The notes beneath the pieces were generated by a model, which saw only the letters and a list, made by a program, of their open reading frames with translations, was not told where the DNA came from and searched no databases. Shown here piece after piece: positions 8,654-12,204 of a stretch of 12,204 nucleotides of DNA; the stretch's first letter is position 1, and each line of letters starts with the position of its first letter. Source of the stretch: Chlamydiota bacterium (GTDB lineage: Bacteria; Auribacterota; Tritonobacteria; UBA1439); contig JBAXOY010000093.1 in the NCBI GenBank assembly GCA_037133055.1, forward strand, positions 1 through 12,204, written 5' to 3'. A program made the position numbers and the translations under genes.

Positions 8654-9445
8654 TCACTTCATCCGTTCCTTCAGTTTCTCCCGGAGGTTGATCATGGGCT
8701 GCTGGCTGACCATGATCGCGCCCGACCCTGTGCGGTCGAGATCCGCGATCAGCAGAATCACCGCCGAAAAGGTGAGGGAGAGCAAAAGGCTGAGATGCCA
8801 GTTGCCCTTGCCGGATTCGCCGAAATGGTATCCCACGGCCACCATGGAAAGTATCGTGACTCCCCAGAGCGCGATCCAGATGGCCGTGGGGATGCGGTAA
8901 AATGCCACCGTCACTCGATCCGTGTGCAGGTCGATCATCTCGTTCAGGGAGTCCACGAAGAGCGACACGATGTCCGGGTTCTTCAGATTCGCATCCGCCA
9001 GGGCTTCCGCGTGAGGCCACAGCCGGCCATGCAGTTCTTCCGAATCCCTGATGAGCTGCGGGAGGCGTTCCGGGCGCATGACTATGTTCGCCCGAATGTC
9101 CGCGTACTGTGCAAGAAGGGTGCGCACCTCGGTGCGATGGGGCTCCGGGAGCAATCCGGCCCGCAGGAATGTCGTCTCGATGGCGTTGACCTCATCGAGC
9201 AGCAACTGCTTCCTGGCGTCAAAGCGGGATGCCGTCATTCCGAAGGTGAACGCCAGCATGAACGCGAGCAGGCCCAGCGTGGCGCCGACGGCCGCGCCGA
9301 GCGGCGAGTCTTGATCCTGTCCCGAGCGATTGCGCCTGTGACGGCCGATCCAAATCCCGCATTGGATGGAGAGCAGGACCATGGCGACCGAACACCCGTA
9401 TATCCCCCAGAGGGGAATTGCCTCGAGCAGTTGATTGATATCCAT
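8654..9445 (-). CDS. DUF4239 / bestrophin-like integral membrane protein, 263 aa
   Basis: Four hydrophobic segments. Family-typical GLLAFMLAFTF..A.SRFD.RK...LDEVNAIETTFLRAGLL, SLNEMIDL, RIP..IW and LLIADLDR...G.I.VSQQPM motifs. AAGGAG upstream. Confidence 0.88.
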   Translation of the reverse strand: MDINQLLEAIPLWGIYGCSVAMVLLSIQCGIWIGRHRRNRSGQDQDSPLGAAVGATLGLLAFMLAFTFGMTASRFDARKQLLLDEVNAIETTFLRAGLLPEPHRTEVRTLLAQYADIRANIVMRPERLPQLIRDSEELHGRLWPHAEALADANLKNPDIVSLFVDSLNEMIDLHTDRVTVAFYRIPTAIWIALWGVTILSMVAVGYHFGESGKGNWHLSLLLSLTFSAVILLIADLDRTGSGAIMVSQQPMINLREKLKERMK

Positions 9446-9461
9446 ATACTCCTTTCCATGG

Positions 9462-9783
9462 TTATAACGGATTCACGCGGAAGCAGTGACACCGCCAGGG
9501 CCCGAGATCGACGTACAGTCCCTGATCCCGCATCTCATCGCCGCTCCTGTCGTAGATCCTCAAGGAGCCCCTTGTTTCGCATGGAAATTTCAATCCCCGC
9601 AGGACTCCGCTCCCAGACACCCATGAACCACACGGCGTCAAAGCCAAGGGAGGCAATCTTATCCCACTCCTCCGCCGGCACCGTGGCGAGATTCACGGGC
9701 TTCCGGTGCTTCCTGCTCAGCTCAGCCAGCCACACCCACGTATTGATCTCATAAAGAACCGGATGCCTTGGCCACTCTTTCAT
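9462..9783 (-). pseudogene. Alpha-amylase (GH13) family gene with a large internal deletion, N- and C-termini joined out of frame
   Basis: ATG 9783 overlaps the glucosidase stop (ATGA). N-terminus MKEWPRHPVLYEINTWVWL..LATVPAEEWDKIASLGFDAVWFMGVWERSPAG..LLED stops at 9535. A second frame from ~9557 reads IYDRSGDEMRDQGLYVDLGPWRCHCFRVNPL* (stop 9462-9464), which I recognise as the typical C-terminus of this subfamily. Confidence 0.82.
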
Positions 9784-12204
9784 CTCTTCTTCCCCCCGGC
9801 GCCGGGGGCGCCCTGAAAGAACCCGGCCTCCTTGCCCGCCTCCAGTGCCCGCGCGGGATCCAGAACGCCGTAAAGCTGGATGAACTTGGCCACGAGCCCG
9901 GTCCAGCCGGTCTGGTGGCTTGCCCCTATCCCGGCGCCGCTGTCGCCGTGGAAGTACTCGTAAAAGAGGATGTTGTCGCGCCAGTGGGGGTCGCTCTGAA
10001 ACTTCGGGTCCTTGCCGAACGCCGGGCGCCGCCCGCTCCTGTCTTTCAGGAAAAGCCTCTCGAGCCGCTCGGCGATCTCTTTGCTCACCTCGAAGAGGTT
10101 CATCTTCTTCCCCGAGCCCGTGGGGCACTCGATCGTGAAGTTGTCGCCGTAGTACAGGTGGAAGTTCAGGAGCGCCCGGATGATGATGGTGTTCACCGGG
10201 AACCAGACGGGCCCCCGCCAGTTCGAGTTCCCGCCGAACATGCCGCTGTCCGAGTCGCCCGGAACATAATCCACCCGGTACTCCCTGCCCTGCACCTGGA
10301 GGACGTACGGGTGCCGCTCGTGGAACTTGGAAAGCGCGCGGATGCCATAGGGGCTCAGGAACTCGTTCTCGTCGAGCATCTTCGTTAGGATCCGGCGGAG
10401 CCGCTCCGGGTTGACCAGGGCCGCGATCCCCCGCTCGGCCACGCCGAAATGTCCCGGGCCCGTGGGGTGGATGGACTTGAGGAGCTCGGGCATCCGGCGC
10501 AGTCGCTCCATGATCTGAGCCATCGCCTGCGGGACGCGCTCCCGCTGCGCCTTTTCTATAACCGTCGTGGCGGCCAGAGGCAGGAGCCCCACCATCGAGC
10601 GCACCTTGAGCCGCGTGGCCTTGCCGTCGGGGAGCCGCAGCAGGTCGTAGTAGAAGCCGTCCTCCTCGTCCCACATGCCGTCCTGGCCGGGGCGGTTCAT
10701 GGCGGCGGCGATGTAGTAGAAGTGCTCGGCAAACTTCACGACCATGTCCTCGTAGCTGCGGTCGTGGACGGCGATCTCCACCGCGAGCTCCAGCATGTTC
10801 TGGCTGAAGAGGGCCATCCACGCCGTGCCGTCCGCCTGCTCGAGGTTCCCGCCGGTGGGAAGCGGGGCACTCCGGTCGAAGACGCCGATGTTGTCGAGCC
10901 CGAGGAAGCCGCCCTCGAAGACGTTCTTGCCGAACCGGTCCTTGCGGTTCATCCACCAGGTGAAGTTCAGCAGGAGCTTGTTGAACACCGACTTGAGGAA
11001 ATCAAGGTCCGTCTCCCCGCGCAGGGCCTTCTCGGTGCGGTGGAGGAACAGGGTCGCAAAGGCGTGGACGGGCGGGTTCACGTCGCTGAAGTTCCACTCA
11101 TAGGCGGGGAGCTGCCCGCTGGGATGCAGGTAGACCCCGCGGAGCATCAGTTCCAACTGCTGCTTGGCGAAGTCGGGGTCCACGACGGAGAGCGCCACGG
11201 TGTGGAACGCCGTGTCCCAGGCCGCGTACCAGGGATACTCCCACTTGTCGGGAAGGGAGAGGATGTCGTCGTTGACCATGTGGAACCAGTCGCGGTTCCG
11301 GTAAGGGTGGCTTGCGTGCTGCAGCGGATGGGCGTGATGCTCCTTCAGCCAGAGGTCCAGGTCGAAGTAGTAGTACTGCTTTGTCCAGAGCATGCCGGCG
11401 AGGGCCTGGCGCATGACCATCGCGGCGTCTTCGCTCACGGAGGGCGGGGTGATCTTCCGGTAGAACTCATCCGCCTCCTCCTGTCGCGCCTTGAAGACGG
11501 CGTCGAAATCCCGAAACGGGTCGCCCGGCTCCGCGGAGGCCTTCCGGGTCAGGCGCAGGCGGACGACCTGCTCCTTCCCGCCGCCGATGCTCAGTTCATA
11601 GTGCGCCGAGGCCTTTGTCCCTGTCAGATCTGGATTCACCGCGTCCTGCCGGCCGTGCACGAGGCAGTCGTTGATGCCATCCTTCACGAACGGGCTCGGG
11701 TTCGCCGTGCCGAATATCCTCCTGCAGTTTGTTTCATTCTCCGTAAAAAGCAGGGGGACCGCCCCCTCGCAGCACAAAGAGTATTCCCCGAGGCGTTCGC
11801 TGAAAAGCGGGTCGGTGTGGCGCGCGTGGATCACCCTGTACCCCGCCTCCTCACGCGACCGCAGGACCGGCTTGGATCCGCCATCCTTCCATGACCAGGT
11901 GTTGCGGAACAAAAGCGTGGGCAGCACGTGGATCGACGCCTTCTCGCGCCCGCGGTTGCAGGCGGTTATCCTGATCAGCACGTCCTCGGGGGAGGCCTTC
12001 GCGTACTCGACGAAGACATCGAAGTAGCGGTCGTCGTCGAAGATGCCCGTCTCGACCAGTTCGTACTCCGTCTCTCCCTTCGAGCGTGTGCGGTTCGTCT
12101 CGACGAGGGCGCCGTAGGGGTAGGCCTCGTGGGGATACTTGAACAGGTACTTCATGTAGGAGTGGGTCGGGGTGCTGTCGAGGTAGTAGTAGTATTCCTT
12201 GACG
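9780..12204 (-). CDS. Glycoside hydrolase family 63-like (MGH1-like) glucosidase, 5' end outside the window
   Basis: The frame stays open past the track's ATG 12155 to the edge (VKEYYYYLDSTPTHSYMKY). Motifs: PDKWEYPWYAAWDTAFH, GQLPAYEWNFSDVNPPVHA, FEGGFLGLDNIGVFDRS, NSNWRGPVWFPVN, FYEYFHGDSGAGIGASHQTGWTG. Confidence 0.93.
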   Translation of the reverse strand, partial: VKEYYYYLDSTPTHSYMKYLFKYPHEAYPYGALVETNRTRSKGETEYELVETGIFDDDRYFDVFVEYAKASPEDVLIRITACNRGREKASIHVLPTLLFRNTWSWKDGGSKPVLRSREEAGYRVIHARHTDPLFSERLGEYSLCCEGAVPLLFTENETNCRRIFGTANPSPFVKDGINDCLVHGRQDAVNPDLTGTKASAHYELSIGGGKEQVVRLRLTRKASAEPGDPFRDFDAVFKARQEEADEFYRKITPPSVSEDAAMVMRQALAGMLWTKQYYYFDLDLWLKEHHAHPLQHASHPYRNRDWFHMVNDDILSLPDKWEYPWYAAWDTAFHTVALSVVDPDFAKQQLELMLRGVYLHPSGQLPAYEWNFSDVNPPVHAFATLFLHRTEKALRGETDLDFLKSVFNKLLLNFTWWMNRKDRFGKNVFEGGFLGLDNIGVFDRSAPLPTGGNLEQADGTAWMALFSQNMLELAVEIAVHDRSYEDMVVKFAEHFYYIAAAMNRPGQDGMWDEEDGFYYDLLRLPDGKATRLKVRSMVGLLPLAATTVIEKAQRERVPQAMAQIMERLRRMPELLKSIHPTGPGHFGVAERGIAALVNPERLRRILTKMLDENEFLSPYGIRALSKFHERHPYVLQVQGREYRVDYVPGDSDSGMFGGNSNWRGPVWFPVNTIIIRALLNFHLYYGDNFTIECPTGSGKKMNLFEVSKEIAERLERLFLKDRSGRRPAFGKDPKFQSDPHWRDNILFYEYFHGDSGAGIGASHQTGWTGLVAKFIQLYGVLDPARALEAGKEAGFFQGAPGAGGKKR

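Noticed and set aside
9535..11894. ORFs 9535..10956 (-, 473 aa) and 10449..11894 (+, 481 aa) as real genes
   Set aside because: Shadows of the glucosidase. Only the last 82 codons of the first are real, as the GH13 N-terminus.

Overview
High-GC bacterial DNA, mostly minus-strand genes, with no complete mobile element, RNA gene, CRISPR array or defence operon. Left to right: a HIT-family hydrolase running off the left edge (missed by the ORF track), a strong hairpin terminator, a secreted tandem DUF5666-like protein, an ABC-F ATPase, a secreted seven-repeat SBBP-like beta-propeller protein with Pro/Thr linkers, a lower-GC divergent intergenic region, a lipoprotein amidohydrolase-3 (plus strand), a frameshifted gene remnant, a DUF4239/bestrophin-like membrane protein, an alpha-amylase-family pseudogene with its middle deleted, and a GH63/MGH1-like glucosidase running off the right edge. 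The structure least explained by the genes is in the 5.7-6.2 kb intergenic region: five clusters of ~10-bp-period repeats in opposing orientation, plus an 18-bp tandem duplication carrying palindromes. All family assignments come from motif recognition, not searches. I cannot support a claim of a complete new biological system here.
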